Assembly: GCA_037481835.1 (NCBI GenBank)
Contig: JBBFKW010000016.1
Span: 1 to 64,000 of the forward strand
Direction: 5' to 3'
DNA: 64,000 bases
From: Desulfosoma sp.
GTDB lineage: Bacteria > Desulfobacterota > Syntrophobacteria > Syntrophobacterales > DSM-9756
Shown here: in pieces, positions 1 to 10,584 of the stretch
Position numbering within the stretch: the first letter of the stretch is position 1
How the letters are laid out: the number at the start of each line of letters is the position of its first letter
The notes under the pieces: model-generated
Told to the model about the DNA's origin: nothing
Database searches by the model: none
Seen by the model: only the letters and a program-made list of their open reading frames with translations
Position numbers and translations under genes: made by a program

Positions 1-74
1 GGTTCTGTGAGAGGGATGAGATCGGATTCATTATCCGGTCTCACCCTACTCGATTATTGAGGGCCGTGGATTGT

Positions 75-117
75 TCGTGAAATATTTCTTGACCCCTTCC
101 CGTCGAGACGCTATAGA
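75..117 (+). promoter_or_regulatory. Probable Rex operator overlapping a sigma70 -35 upstream of the nuo operon
   Basis: TCGTGAAATATTTCTTGA (75-92) is a near-palindrome resembling the Rex box TYGTGAAnnnnTTCACRA. It overlaps TTGACC (89-94), and TATAGA follows after a 17-nt spacer (112-117). Confidence 0.55.
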
Positions 118-269
118 TGCCATCCCAGAAAGGGGATCCTGGCCGAGATGTGGTCCTTTTTCCGAAGGGCGGCGGGTCCCCGGGGTGGCGTTGCGTGAGA
201 AGGATCACAATCCCGGACGGCTAAGGCGCCTTCGGGCAATCGAGGACATTGGACAATCGGATCGCGCTC

Positions 270-623
270 ATGAACCCATACATTCCCGTACTCATCATGC
301 TGTTTCTCGCGGCCGCCACGGCCGCAGGGATGATTGCGGCCACCTCATTGATCGGCCCCAAGAAGAAGTTCGCCGACAAGATGGAGCCTTTCGAATGCGG
401 TGAAAGCCCCATCGTCAACCCCAAGCAAAGGTTTTCGGTCAAGTTTTACCTGGTCGCCCTTTTTTTTGTCATATTCGACATTGAAACCGTGTTCGTCTAT
501 CCCTGGGCGGTGCTCTTTCGGGAGCTGAACTGGTTCGGCTTTGTGGAAATGATGATCTTCATTTTTATCCTGGCCGTCGGCCTCATTTACGTGTGGCGAA
601 GGGGAGCCTTGGAATGGGATTGA
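270..623 (+). CDS. nuoA: NADH-quinone oxidoreductase subunit A
   Basis: PFECG loop, FYLVALFFVIFDIETVF, C-terminal GALEWD. Alternative TTG start at 249. Confidence 0.95.
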   Translation: MNPYIPVLIMLFLAAATAAGMIAATSLIGPKKKFADKMEPFECGESPIVNPKQRFSVKFYLVALFFVIFDIETVFVYPWAVLFRELNWFGFVEMMIFIFILAVGLIYVWRRGALEWD

Positions 624-1183
624 AGCTCTCACGGTGGACAGTGACCCGCAATGTATTGGGCGGGAAGGCCGAAGGCGCGGGTCCGGAACGGCTTTTGGAC
701 GGCAGCGTCATCCTGACCCGGCTGGAAGCGGCCGTCAATTGGGCCCGCAAGTATTCATTTTTCCTCTACCCGTTTGTCACCGCCTGTTGCGGCATGGAAT
801 TCATGTCCGTAGCCGGCCCCCGTTACGACCTGGACCGTTTCGGCGCCGCCCTGCCCCGGTTTTCTCCCCGCCAGGCCGACCTCCTCATGGTGGTGGGCAC
901 CATCAGCCACAAGCAGGCCCCCATTCTGGTCAAGGTCTACAACCAGATGGCCGAACCCAAGTGGGTTTTCGCCTTCGGGGTGTGTGCCGTCTCCGGCGGC
1001 TTCTACGACAACTATTCGGTGGTGCAAGGCATCGACACCCTGATCCCCGTGGACATCTACGTTCCCGGGTGTCCGCCTCGCCCGGAAATGGTTCTCGACG
1101 GGCTGCTGCTGTTGCAGCAAAAGGTCAAACAGGAACGGTGGTCGGATTGGCCGCGGGGTGAAGCGCCGGTGAGCCGGTGCTAG
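614..1183 (+). CDS. nuoB: NADH-quinone oxidoreductase subunit B
   Basis: TACCGMEF, SPRQADL and VPGCPPRPE motifs (N2 cluster ligands). Confidence 0.95.
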   Translation: MGLKLSRWTVTRNVLGGKAEGAGPERLLDGSVILTRLEAAVNWARKYSFFLYPFVTACCGMEFMSVAGPRYDLDRFGAALPRFSPRQADLLMVVGTISHKQAPILVKVYNQMAEPKWVFAFGVCAVSGGFYDNYSVVQGIDTLIPVDIYVPGCPPRPEMVLDGLLLLQQKVKQERWSDWPRGEAPVSRC

Positions 1184-1204
1184 GGACCTTGGACGAACAA
1201 GGAT

Positions 1205-1696
1205 ATGGGCCTCATGGACGCGAGTGTCACCCTCAAGAAGCTCACGGAAAAGTTCCCGGACGCCATCGTGGGGACGCACAACTACCGCGGCGACGATACG
1301 GCGATCGTCAAGAAGGAAAAGATCCGCGACATCTGCCTGTTTCTCCGCGACGATCCGGACCTTCTCTATAACTTCATGATGGACCTCACCGTGGTGGACT
1401 ACCTGGGCCGCGATCCGCGATTCGAAGTGGTCTACCACCTCTATTCCCTGCCCCATAACCGGCGGGTTCGCATCAAGGCCCTCGTTCCCGAATCGGACCT
1501 CACCATCGATTCGGTGGTCTCCGTGTGGGTCGCCGCCGACTGGTTCGAACGGGAAGCTTATGACATGTACGGCGTGGTTTTCGCCGGCCATCCCAATCTG
1601 CGCCGCATTTTGCTTTACGAGGGCTTCGAGGGGCATCCGCTGCGCAAGGACTATCCGCTGAAAAAGAGGCAGCCCTTGATCGGCCCGGTCAACTAA
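1205..1696 (+). CDS. nuoC: NADH-quinone oxidoreductase subunit C
   Basis: WFEREAYDMYG, GHPNLRRIL and GHPLRKDYP motifs. Confidence 0.95.
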   Translation: MGLMDASVTLKKLTEKFPDAIVGTHNYRGDDTAIVKKEKIRDICLFLRDDPDLLYNFMMDLTVVDYLGRDPRFEVVYHLYSLPHNRRVRIKALVPESDLTIDSVVSVWVAADWFEREAYDMYGVVFAGHPNLRRILLYEGFEGHPLRKDYPLKKRQPLIGPVN

Positions 1697-1720
1697 CACT
1701 GCAACGGGTATACGGTGGCC

Positions 1721-2911
1721 ATGTCTGAAATTTCGAAAGATCTGCATACCGAACACATGGTGATCAACATGGGTCCCTCCCACCCGGTGACCCATGGCAC
1801 GGTGAAGTTCCTCGCCACGCTGGATGGGGAAACCATCGTGGACCTCGACGTGGAGATCGGCTACCTCCACCGGGGTTTCGAAAAGATGTGCGAAAACAGC
1901 ACCTGGCAGCAGGTGATTCCTTACACGGACCGGCTCAATTACGTCTCCCCCCTGATCAACAACACGGGCTACGCCCTCGCCGTGGAAAAGCTCCTGGGGA
2001 TCGACGTGCCCGAGCGGTGCAAGTACCTCAGGGTGATCGCCTGCGAGCTGTCGCGGCTTTCGGATCACCTGACCAACGTGGCGGCGGCGGGCTTGGAATT
2101 GGGCGCCTTCACGGCCTTTCTCTATTTTGTGGAAGCTCGGGAACTCGTCTGGGATCTCATCGAATCCCTGTGCGGGGCTCGCGTGACCGTCAACTATGTG
2201 CGGATCGGCGGGCTGAAGAACGACCTGCCCGAGCGGTTTGAAGAGAAGGTGCGCCACGTTTTCAAGGAAGTGCGCCGCCTCTGGGTGGATGTGGACAAGC
2301 TTCTGACCAAGAACCGCATCTTTATCGACCGGGTGCGCGGCGTGGGCGCCATTTCCGCCGAAGAAGCCATTGCGTACGGCTTCACGGGGCCGTGCCTCAG
2401 GGCGTGCGGGGTCCCCTACGACGTGCGCAAGGCCCAGCCCTACCTGGTTTACGACCGCATGGATTTCGAAGTCCCCATCGGCGAGACGGGCGACAATTAT
2501 GACAAGTACTTGGTGCGGATGGAAGAGATCCAGCAGAGCATGCGCATCGTGGAGCAGGCTCTGGCCCAGATGCCCGACGGCCCCATCAATGTGCGCCTGC
2601 CTCAGGTGCGCATGGAGCCCAAGGAAAAGATCTACTCCCGCATCGATTCCCTGATCTATCACTTCAAGACGGTCGTCGAAGGCATCAAGCCGCCTCCCGG
2701 GGAAGTGTACCTGGCCGTGGAAGGCGGAAACGGCGAGTTGGGATTTTATCTGGTGAGCGACGGCAGCGGAAAACCGTATAAGTGCCGGGTGAGGCCGCCG
2801 TGCTTCGCCTTGACCGCCGCCATGCCGAGATTGGTCAAGGGAAGGCTGCTCGCGGATATCGTCCCCACATTCGACATGATCAACATGATCGGCGGAGAAT
2901 GCGATAGATAG
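1721..2911 (+). CDS. nuoD: NADH-quinone oxidoreductase subunit D
   Basis: GPSHPVTHG, GYLHRGFEK, DRLNY, C-terminal GGECDR. No NiFe CxxC pairs, so not a hydrogenase large subunit. Confidence 0.95.
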   Translation: MSEISKDLHTEHMVINMGPSHPVTHGTVKFLATLDGETIVDLDVEIGYLHRGFEKMCENSTWQQVIPYTDRLNYVSPLINNTGYALAVEKLLGIDVPERCKYLRVIACELSRLSDHLTNVAAAGLELGAFTAFLYFVEARELVWDLIESLCGARVTVNYVRIGGLKNDLPERFEEKVRHVFKEVRRLWVDVDKLLTKNRIFIDRVRGVGAISAEEAIAYGFTGPCLRACGVPYDVRKAQPYLVYDRMDFEVPIGETGDNYDKYLVRMEEIQQSMRIVEQALAQMPDGPINVRLPQVRMEPKEKIYSRIDSLIYHFKTVVEGIKPPPGEVYLAVEGGNGELGFYLVSDGSGKPYKCRVRPPCFALTAAMPRLVKGRLLADIVPTFDMINMIGGECDR

Positions 2912-2913
2912 CC

Positions 2914-3987
2914 ATGCTTGCAGACGTCATCGAATCCCTTGCCAAGATCGTCTTCATCTTCACCGTAAACGTCGGCGTGTTCGCGCCGATCCTCGGGTGG
3001 GTGGAGCGGAAGCAGAGCGCCGTGATGCAGGACCGCATCGGCGCCAACCGAGCGGACATCTTGGGCTTTACGGCTATCGGGTTGTTCCATTCCCTCGCCG
3101 ATGCCCTCAAGCTGCTCACCAAGGAAGACTTCGTCCCCGCCAACGCCAACAAGTTCTTCCACACCCTGGCCCCGTTCATCGCCTTGGTGCCCGCCATCGC
3201 CGCGTTCGCCATCATTCCCTTCGGCGGCCGCTATGAGCTCTTCGGGCGCGAAATCAACCTGGTGATCGCCGACCTGGACGTGGGCATTCTCTACGTGTTC
3301 GCCCTGGCGGGATTGGCCACCTACGGCACGGTGCTCGCCGGATGGTCGTCTCGGAGCAACTGGTCCCTGCTGGGCGGTCTTCGGGCCTCGGCCCAGATGC
3401 TCTCCTACGAAGTGGCCATGGGCTTGAGCATCATCGGTGTCATCATCGTCTACGGGTCCCTTCGGCTGACGGACATCGGGGCCATTCAGGAGGACTTCTT
3501 CCGGTGGGGCATTTTCCTCCAGCCCGTGGGCTTCATCATTTACATGACGTGTGCCATCGCGGAGAACAAGCGCATCCCCTTCGACATCCCCGAGGCGGAA
3601 TCGGAACTGGTGGCCGGCTATTTTACCGAGTACAGCGGCATGAAATTCGTCATGTTCTGGATGGCCGAATTCCTGGAGATGGTCACCATCAGCGCCATCG
3701 TGACCACCCTGTTTTTCGGCGCCTGGCACATTCCCTTCGTGACGGACGCCATGCTCCTGTCCTGGTTCCAGGGAGCGGGGCCCAACGGCGCCGCCGCCTT
3801 GGCCATGCTGGTCAACATCGTCGTTTTCTTCGCCAAGGTGAGCTTTTTCATTTGGCTGCAGATGACCATCCGGTGGACGCTTCCGCGCTTCCGCTATGAC
3901 CAGGTCATGAGAATGTGCTGGAAGATGTTGCTGCCGCTTTCCCTTATCAACCTCTCAATTACCGGGCTGGTGGTTTTGCTGCTATGA
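2914..3987 (+). CDS. nuoH: NADH-quinone oxidoreductase subunit H
   Basis: ERK..QDRIGAN, PFDIPEAESELVAG and RWTLPRFRYDQ motifs. Confidence 0.95.
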   Translation: MLADVIESLAKIVFIFTVNVGVFAPILGWVERKQSAVMQDRIGANRADILGFTAIGLFHSLADALKLLTKEDFVPANANKFFHTLAPFIALVPAIAAFAIIPFGGRYELFGREINLVIADLDVGILYVFALAGLATYGTVLAGWSSRSNWSLLGGLRASAQMLSYEVAMGLSIIGVIIVYGSLRLTDIGAIQEDFFRWGIFLQPVGFIIYMTCAIAENKRIPFDIPEAESELVAGYFTEYSGMKFVMFWMAEFLEMVTISAIVTTLFFGAWHIPFVTDAMLLSWFQGAGPNGAAALAMLVNIVVFFAKVSFFIWLQMTIRWTLPRFRYDQVMRMCWKMLLPLSLINLSITGLVVLLL

Positions 3988-4607
3988 GCACAACGACAGG
4001 TTTGGGACAGACCCCGTATTCCGTGCAGGTGGGCATTCCCGCAGCCGTGCTGAAGCCCAAGAAGGTGCGCCGCAGGCTGGACCTCACGCTGTGGGAAAAG
4101 CTTTATGTGGCGGAGATCGTGCGCGGGCTGGTCGTCACCAGCAAGCACTTCTTCATCAACATGATCGGGTTCATCTTCCCGCCGGCCGGAAAGAAGCGCA
4201 AGGTCTTCACGGTCTACTACCCCGAGGAGAAATTGGAGCTGCCCCCGGCCTACCGGGGCCGGCCCGTGCTCGTCGCCGACGCCGACGGAAGGGAAAAATG
4301 CGTGGCCTGCGGCTTGTGCGAAAAGATGTGCCCGGCCCATGCCATTTCCATCGTCGCCGCGGAAAAGGCCCCCGGGGAACGGTACCCGGAGCGCTACACC
4401 TTGGATCTCGGCCGATGCGTCTACTGCGGCTATTGCGAAGAGGTATGCCCCAAGGAAGCCATTGTCATGAGCGATGAGTACCAGGGGCTGGCACAAAGGG
4501 ACCGGAACCGACTGCGTTTTGAAAAGGAGCAGCTGCTGAGGCCGGAAGGGAAAGTCAAGACGCGTCTTTATTTTGTGAGAAGGATATACTCCAAATGGAA
4601 CTACTAG
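3984..4607 (+). CDS. nuoI: NADH-quinone oxidoreductase subunit I
   Basis: YPEEK and two ferredoxin motifs (CVACGLCEKMCP, CVYCGYCEEVCP). ATGA overlap with nuoH. Confidence 0.93.
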   Translation: MSTTTGLGQTPYSVQVGIPAAVLKPKKVRRRLDLTLWEKLYVAEIVRGLVVTSKHFFINMIGFIFPPAGKKRKVFTVYYPEEKLELPPAYRGRPVLVADADGREKCVACGLCEKMCPAHAISIVAAEKAPGERYPERYTLDLGRCVYCGYCEEVCPKEAIVMSDEYQGLAQRDRNRLRFEKEQLLRPEGKVKTRLYFVRRIYSKWNY

Positions 4608-5110
4608 TCTTCTATGCCTTCTGCGTGGGGGCGGTGGTTTCGGCCCTGCTGATGGTGACGACCAAGCGACCCGTGCGGGCGGCCATGAGCCTGGTGGCGA
4701 CCATGTCTTTTCTCGCCGGCCTGTATGCGCTCCTGAACGCCCACCTCATCGCGGTGCTCCAGCTCATCGTCTATGCGGGCGCCATCATGGTGTTGTTCCT
4801 GTTCGTCATCATGCTCCTCAATATCGAAGAAAAAGAAGGCAAGCTGGCCAAGAACGTCTTCTTCATCCAGCTGGCCGGCACCGTGGTGGTGGGAATCCTC
4901 ATGGTGGCCATGGTCGTCGTCATGAACAAGATCGGGGCGCCTGTGGCGGCCGTTGCCGTGGACGAAACGTTTGGGACGACGAAGGCGGTGGGGTGGATGC
5001 TCTTCACCAAGTACTTGTTGCCTTTTGAAATTGCGTCCGTGTTGTTGCTTGCGGCGATCGTCGGGGCGGTGATCCTAGCGAAGAGGAGGATAGATAATTC
5101 GGGGTCCTGA
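4595..5110 (+). CDS. nuoJ: NADH-quinone oxidoreductase subunit J
   Basis: [17 protein letters not shown] and [13 protein letters not shown] motifs. Confidence 0.95.
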   Translation: MELLVFYAFCVGAVVSALLMVTTKRPVRAAMSLVATMSFLAGLYALLNAHLIAVLQLIVYAGAIMVLFLFVIMLLNIEEKEGKLAKNVFFIQLAGTVVVGILMVAMVVVMNKIGAPVAAVAVDETFGTTKAVGWMLFTKYLLPFEIASVLLLAAIVGAVILAKRRIDNSGS

Positions 5111-5142
5111 AGGCGGGGGCGTCGGGTTATCGGGTGGAGCCT

Positions 5143-5445
5143 ATGGTCTCGTTGAATGCATACCTCATGTTGGGCGCGGTGTTGTTTTCCATCGGTGCGG
5201 TTGGCGTGCTGGCGCATCGCAATGCCTTGATCATCTACATGTGCATCGAGCTGATGCTGAACGCGGTCAACCTCACCATCGTCGCCTTTTCGCGGTTTTT
5301 GAACAGCCTGGACGGCCATGTGTACGTGTTCATGATCATGACCGTCGCAGCGGCTGAGGCTGCCGTGGGGTTGGCGATCCTCATTGCGCTTTTCCGCAAC
5401 AAGCCGACCGTCGATGTGGACGAAATCAATCTAAGCAAAGGTTAA
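5143..5445 (+). CDS. nuoK: NADH-quinone oxidoreductase subunit K
   Basis: [10 protein letters not shown] and [12 protein letters not shown] motifs. Confidence 0.95.
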   Translation: MVSLNAYLMLGAVLFSIGAVGVLAHRNALIIYMCIELMLNAVNLTIVAFSRFLNSLDGHVYVFMIMTVAAAEAAVGLAILIALFRNKPTVDVDEINLSKG

Positions 5446-5452
5446 GAAGGAC

Positions 5453-6958
5453 GTGGAAACCATTCTGTCGATCAGACCCTTTCTGGCCGTGCTGGCGTCT
5501 CTTCTGGCGGTTCCCTTGATCCTCAAGACCGGGGAGGAGAAGCCCAATTTACGGGAGTTCTGGTCCGTTCTTGCCGGGATCATCAAATTTTCCATCGTCG
5601 TGTCCATGGCCCCGGCGATCCTGTCCGGGCACACCATCGAATACACCCTTGTGGAAGGCTTCTACAAAGGGATCGACATCAAGTTCCGGGTGGACGCTTT
5701 CGGGCTGCTCTTCGCCACCGTCTCCTCCTTCTTGTGGATTGTGACGACTTTCTATTCCATCGGGTACATGCGGGCGGGCAAGGAACACGCCCAGACACGC
5801 TATTTCGCCTGCTTTGCCATCAGCTTGTCGGCGACCATGGGCGTGGCCTTTTCGGCCAACCTGGTCACCTTGTTCCTGTTCTACGAAATCCTGAGCCTGG
5901 CGACGGTTCCTCTGGTCGGGCACAAGGAAACGGAAGAAGCCCTGGAAGGGGCGAAGAAATACTTCCTGTACTTGCTGGGCTTGTCCAAGACGCTTCTCCT
6001 TTCCGGGATCATCATCGTCTACATGACCGCCGGCACCACGGATTTCCAGGCGGGAGGGCTCCTTCGCAGCCAGAGCGGATCGGCGCTCCTCTTCGCATCC
6101 TTTTTCCTCTTCCTTTTCGGGTTCGCCAAGGGCGCCGTCATGCCTTTCCACAACTGGCTTCCTTCGGCCATGGTGGCGCCGACTCCGGTGAGCGCCCTTC
6201 TGCACGCCGTGGCCGTCGTGAAAGTGGGGGTGTTTTCCATCCTGAGGGTGGTCTTCCACATCTACGGGGTGGATCTGATGACCCGCATGAATCTTGGGAT
6301 CACGGCGGCTTACGTGGTTTCCTTCACCATCATCATGGCTTCGGTGATCGCCCTCACCAAGGACAACCTCAAGGCCCGGCTGGCCTATTCCACGGTGAGC
6401 CAGCTTTCCTACGTGATTCTCGGGGCGGTGCTGCTGACGCCGAGCAGCATGGTGGGCGGGGTGATGCACATCGCCAATCATGCCTTTTCCAAGATCACCC
6501 TGTTCTTCTGCGCCGGTTCGCTGTACGCGTGCGCCCACAAGACGGAAATCAGCCAGCTTTCGGGCATCGGCAAGAAAATGCCGTGGACCATGGCGGCCTT
6601 TTTCATCGCGTCGTTGAGCATGATCGGGGTGCCGCCGGCGGCCGGGTTTACGAGCAAATGGTTTCTCGCCCTGGGCTCCATCGAGGCGCACGCCGTGCCC
6701 ATCTTGATGGTTTTGATCATGAGCACCCTCTTGAACGCCGCCTACTTCCTGCCCATCACCTACAAGGCGTTTTTCGAAAAGGAAAACGAGGCGCACGGCG
6801 CCGATGCCCATGGGCACGGCCATGGGCATGACCACCACGAGGAAGTTCGGGAACTGAAATTCGTCGTCGTCCCGCTGGTCCTCACGGCCGTGATATCCTT
6901 GCTCATCGGGATCTTTCCCGATTACTTCCTCACGTTGGCCAAGGAGGTGATCCGATGA
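5453..6958 (+). CDS. Antiporter-like proton-conducting subunit (MrpD family) with His-rich loop
   Basis: Polytopic membrane protein with WLPSAMVAPTPVSALLHAVAVVK, LAYSTVSQLSY and HAFSKITLFF, plus AHGHGHGHDHH near the C-terminus. Confidence 0.85.
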   Translation: METILSIRPFLAVLASLLAVPLILKTGEEKPNLREFWSVLAGIIKFSIVVSMAPAILSGHTIEYTLVEGFYKGIDIKFRVDAFGLLFATVSSFLWIVTTFYSIGYMRAGKEHAQTRYFACFAISLSATMGVAFSANLVTLFLFYEILSLATVPLVGHKETEEALEGAKKYFLYLLGLSKTLLLSGIIIVYMTAGTTDFQAGGLLRSQSGSALLFASFFLFLFGFAKGAVMPFHNWLPSAMVAPTPVSALLHAVAVVKVGVFSILRVVFHIYGVDLMTRMNLGITAAYVVSFTIIMASVIALTKDNLKARLAYSTVSQLSYVILGAVLLTPSSMVGGVMHIANHAFSKITLFFCAGSLYACAHKTEISQLSGIGKKMPWTMAAFFIASLSMIGVPPAAGFTSKWFLALGSIEAHAVPILMVLIMSTLLNAAYFLPITYKAFFEKENEAHGADAHGHGHGHDHHEEVRELKFVVVPLVLTAVISLLIGIFPDYFLTLAKEVIR

Positions 6959-7221
6959 TTGGAATGATTCGAAGGATCGTCCTGTTTATCGGGGACCCGG
7001 CGAATTCCAAGAAGGTGAAGAAGATCGGGATCGCCATGCTCATCGTGACGCTCATCTCGGACTTCTTCGTCCACCGCGAACACGCCATGTACATCTGGGA
7101 CAAAATTCCCGGCTGGAGCGCTCTATACGGCTTTGTGTCCTGCGTCGTCATTATCCTGGCATCCAAGTTCTACGGCCATCAGTGCGGCATCATGAGGGAC
7201 GAGGATTACTACAATGACTGA
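6955..7221 (+). CDS. Small two-TM hypothetical membrane protein typical of Mrp-type cassettes
   Basis: 88 aa, two hydrophobic segments, WDKIPGWSALYGFVSC..MRDEDYY. Overlaps both neighbouring antiporter genes. Confidence 0.7.
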   Translation: MIGMIRRIVLFIGDPANSKKVKKIGIAMLIVTLISDFFVHREHAMYIWDKIPGWSALYGFVSCVVIILASKFYGHQCGIMRDEDYYND

Positions 7222-8995
7222 GTGGATACACCCGTCCGTCTTCTACATTCCCGGGGCTTTTCTCCTTCCGTTCCTGCGCGGGCGGATCCAAAAGGTGGGC
7301 ATGCTGCTCATCCCATTTCTGGGAATGGCCTCCATGTACCTGATGATGCGGCTGCCCCACGGCACCTACTGGACCGCGAACTTTCTCGGCCAGTCCATGT
7401 GCTTCGGGTCGGTGGACAAGCTGAGCATCGTCTTCGGGTGGGTGTTTACCATCATGTCCTTTATCGGCATGATGTACGCCCTGCACGTGGACGAGGCGGG
7501 TCAGCACGTCGCCGCCCTTCTCTATGTGGGGGGCTCTCTTGGCGTGACCTTCGCCGGGGACTACCTGACCCTGTTCATTTTTTGGGAACTCATGGCCTTC
7601 TCGTCGGTCTATCTCGTCTTCGCGCGGAGGGAACCCGACGCCATCGCGGCGGGCTTCCGCTACATCCTGGTCCATGCCTTCGGGGGCGTGTGCCTCCTGG
7701 GCGGAGTCGTCCTCCATGCCCTTGGCGGGGGATCCATGATTGTGGGGCCCCTGGAACAAGACGGCAGTCTGGCCTTCTACCTGATGCTCATCGGGGTCAT
7801 CATCAACGCCGCCGTCCCTCCGCTCCATGCCTGGCTGACCGATGCCTACCCCGAAGGGACGGTGACGGGCTCCGTCTTCATGTCCGCCTTCACGACGAAG
7901 ACGGCCGTGTACGTCCTCGTGAGGGTCTTTCCCGGAACGGAGCTCTTGGTCTACCTGGGAACCATCATGGCCCTCTACGGTGTCGTCTACGCCGTGTTGG
8001 AAAACGATGCGAGACGGCTGCTCGCCTACCATATCGTGAGCCAGGTGGGCTACATGGTCACCGGTGTGGGGATCGGAACGGAGATGTCCTTGAACGGGTC
8101 CGTCTCCCACGCCTTTGCCCACATCCTTTACAAGGGCCTCCTGTTCATGGGCGCCGGTGCGGTGATCCACATGACTGGCCGAAGGAAGCTCACGGAACTG
8201 GGCGGCCTTTACAAAACCATGCCCATCACCCTTGTGCTCTACATGATCGGAGGGTTTGCCATCTCGGCTTTCCCGCTCTTCAGCGGCTTCGTCACGAAAT
8301 CCATGGTGGTGGCCGCGGCGAGCCACGATCACCGACCGCTGGTGGCCCTGCTGCTCACCATGGCCTCTTCGGGGACCTTCCTCCACACGGGGCTGAAACT
8401 TCCCTATTACATGTTCTTCGGGAAGGATTCGGGCTTGGAAGCCAAGGAACCCCCGTCCAACATGATTTGGGCCATGACCGTGGCGGCCTTTCTGTGCATC
8501 GCCATCGGGTGCTATCCCAAGCCGCTGTATGACCTGCTGCCGTTCCCGGTGGATTTCGACCCGTACACGGGCGACCACGTGACGGGCGCGCTGGGGATCC
8601 TGCTTTTCACCGGCCTCGGGTTTTTCATGCTGCTCAAGAAGCTGGATCCCGAGCCGACCATCAGCATCGACACGGATTGGTTTTACCGCAAGGGAAGCCG
8701 CGTCTTCATGTGGCTTGCGAGCAAGCCGGTGGCCAAGACGGACGACTACGTGGGCAACATCTACCAAACGTGGTTTTCCCGGTTCACCCTCGTCTTTTCC
8801 GACATCTTTGCCCGAATCTTTGATGTTCGGGGCATTGACGGCGCGGTCAACGGAATCGCCAACTTTTTCCTGGCGCTTTCACGGCTGGTGCGCGTGACGG
8901 CGACGGGGCTTGTGCGGCATTACGCGGCGACGATGCTGATCGGCGGCATCGTCATCCTGGGCTACTACCTCTTCGCGACATTGATGAGTCTATGA
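7214..8995 (+). CDS. Antiporter-like subunit (MrpD/MrpA-type core with NuoL-like C-terminal extension)
   Basis: [33 protein letters not shown]. The tail [19 protein letters not shown] resembles the NuoL lateral helix and last TM. Confidence 0.8.
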   Translation: MTEWIHPSVFYIPGAFLLPFLRGRIQKVGMLLIPFLGMASMYLMMRLPHGTYWTANFLGQSMCFGSVDKLSIVFGWVFTIMSFIGMMYALHVDEAGQHVAALLYVGGSLGVTFAGDYLTLFIFWELMAFSSVYLVFARREPDAIAAGFRYILVHAFGGVCLLGGVVLHALGGGSMIVGPLEQDGSLAFYLMLIGVIINAAVPPLHAWLTDAYPEGTVTGSVFMSAFTTKTAVYVLVRVFPGTELLVYLGTIMALYGVVYAVLENDARRLLAYHIVSQVGYMVTGVGIGTEMSLNGSVSHAFAHILYKGLLFMGAGAVIHMTGRRKLTELGGLYKTMPITLVLYMIGGFAISAFPLFSGFVTKSMVVAAASHDHRPLVALLLTMASSGTFLHTGLKLPYYMFFGKDSGLEAKEPPSNMIWAMTVAAFLCIAIGCYPKPLYDLLPFPVDFDPYTGDHVTGALGILLFTGLGFFMLLKKLDPEPTISIDTDWFYRKGSRVFMWLASKPVAKTDDYVGNIYQTWFSRFTLVFSDIFARIFDVRGIDGAVNGIANFFLALSRLVRVTATGLVRHYAATMLIGGIVILGYYLFATLMSL

Positions 8996-10581
8996 TGAAT
9001 GCGGCGAATTTTCCCATCCTGTCGGTGACCACGTTTCTGCCCCTGGTGGGCGTGGCGTTGATCTGCCTCATCCCGAGCCGGCATCGGAAGGCGATCCAGT
9101 GGACGGCCTTCCTGGTGACTGTGGTGACGTTTTTCGTGTCGCTGCAGCTCTACTTCCGGTTCGACACGACCACGTGGGAGATGCAGTTCGTGGAGGATAC
9201 CTCGTGGATCCCCCAGTTTGCCATCCGCTACCAGATGGGGATCGACGGGATCAGCCTGCTGCTGGTCTTGCTCACCACGTTCCTTTCGGCCGTTTCCGTC
9301 CTGTCCACGTGGACGGCGGTGACGGAACGGGTCAAGGCCTACATGGCCTCGTTGTTGCTTTTGGAGACGGGAATGATCGGCGTCTTCTGCGCGCTGGACT
9401 TCATCCTCTTCTATGTCTTCTGGGAAGTCATGTTGATCCCCATGTACTTCATCATCGGGATTTGGGGAGGTCCTCGGCGGATTTACGCGGCGGTGAAGTT
9501 CTTCATTTACACCATGAGCGGCAGCGTTCTCATGCTGGTGGCCATTCTTGTTTTGTATTTCATGCACTATGAGGCCACGGGGACGTACAGTTTCCACATT
9601 TTGGACTACCACAAGCTGGGGCTCCCGGCGAACTACCAGTTCTGGATGTTCTTGGCCTTCGCGTTGGCTTTCGCCATCAAGGTTCCCATGTTCCCCTTCC
9701 ACACGTGGCTTCCCGACGCCCACGTGGAAGCGCCGACGGCAGGCAGTGTCATCCTGGCCGGCGTGCTGCTCAAGATGGGAACGTACGGCTTTCTGCGCTT
9801 CTGCCTGCCCATTTTCCCCCAGGCGAGTGTCCTGTTCGTCCCGCTGATTCTGGCCCTGGCTCTTATCGGCATTATCTACGGCGCCATGGTTTCCCTGGCG
9901 CAGGACGATGTGAAAAAGCTCGTGGCCTATTCCAGTGTGAGCCACCTGGGCTATTGCATGCTGGGGATGTTCGCCCTGAACGCCGACGGCATCAAGGGGA
10001 GCCTCATCCAGATGGTGAACCACGGCCTGAGCACGGGGGCTCTGTTCTTGATCGTCGGGATCCTTTACGAGCGTCGCCATACGCGGCTCATTTCCGAGTA
10101 CGGCGGGCTGATGAAGGTCATGCCGATCTTTGCCTTTCTCTTCCTGATGGTCGCCTTCTCGTCCATGGGCGTGCCGGGGACCAACGGGTTCGTGGGCGAA
10201 TTGCTGATCCTCATAGGGGCCTTTCAGGCGTCCTTGAAGTTCGGGTTGGCGGCGACGGTGGGGTTGATCCTGGGAGCGGTCTACCTCTTGTGGACGGTCA
10301 AGAGGGTGGCCTACGGGCCCATCACCAAGCCGGAAAACCAAGTGCTCAGGGACATGACCGTCCGGGAGTACGCCTATTTGCTGCCGGTTCTTCTCTTCAT
10401 CTTCTGGATCGGCGTCTACCCGAAGCCGTTTCTGAGGACGATGGATGCGTCGGTGGCTCATCTGCTGGAGTCCTTGCACGCGCCGAAGACGGCGCATGCT
10501 TTTGAGCAAAAACCGGCGTGGTTTCAGAACCTGCTTGCGAAAGCCGACTTTCAACAGCTGACTAAGGGCCAAGGGCGGTAA
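8992..10581 (+). CDS. nuoM: NADH-quinone oxidoreductase subunit M
   Basis: [37 protein letters not shown] and [10 protein letters not shown] motifs. Confidence 0.95.
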   Translation: MMNAANFPILSVTTFLPLVGVALICLIPSRHRKAIQWTAFLVTVVTFFVSLQLYFRFDTTTWEMQFVEDTSWIPQFAIRYQMGIDGISLLLVLLTTFLSAVSVLSTWTAVTERVKAYMASLLLLETGMIGVFCALDFILFYVFWEVMLIPMYFIIGIWGGPRRIYAAVKFFIYTMSGSVLMLVAILVLYFMHYEATGTYSFHILDYHKLGLPANYQFWMFLAFALAFAIKVPMFPFHTWLPDAHVEAPTAGSVILAGVLLKMGTYGFLRFCLPIFPQASVLFVPLILALALIGIIYGAMVSLAQDDVKKLVAYSSVSHLGYCMLGMFALNADGIKGSLIQMVNHGLSTGALFLIVGILYERRHTRLISEYGGLMKVMPIFAFLFLMVAFSSMGVPGTNGFVGELLILIGAFQASLKFGLAATVGLILGAVYLLWTVKRVAYGPITKPENQVLRDMTVREYAYLLPVLLFIFWIGVYPKPFLRTMDASVAHLLESLHAPKTAHAFEQKPAWFQNLLAKADFQQLTKGQGR

Positions 10582-10584
10582 CTT

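Noticed and set aside
1721..2911. Group 4 NiFe hydrogenase / formate hydrogenlyase interpretation
   Set aside because: The large subunit lacks both NiFe-binding CxxC motifs and keeps the NuoD quinone-site residues.
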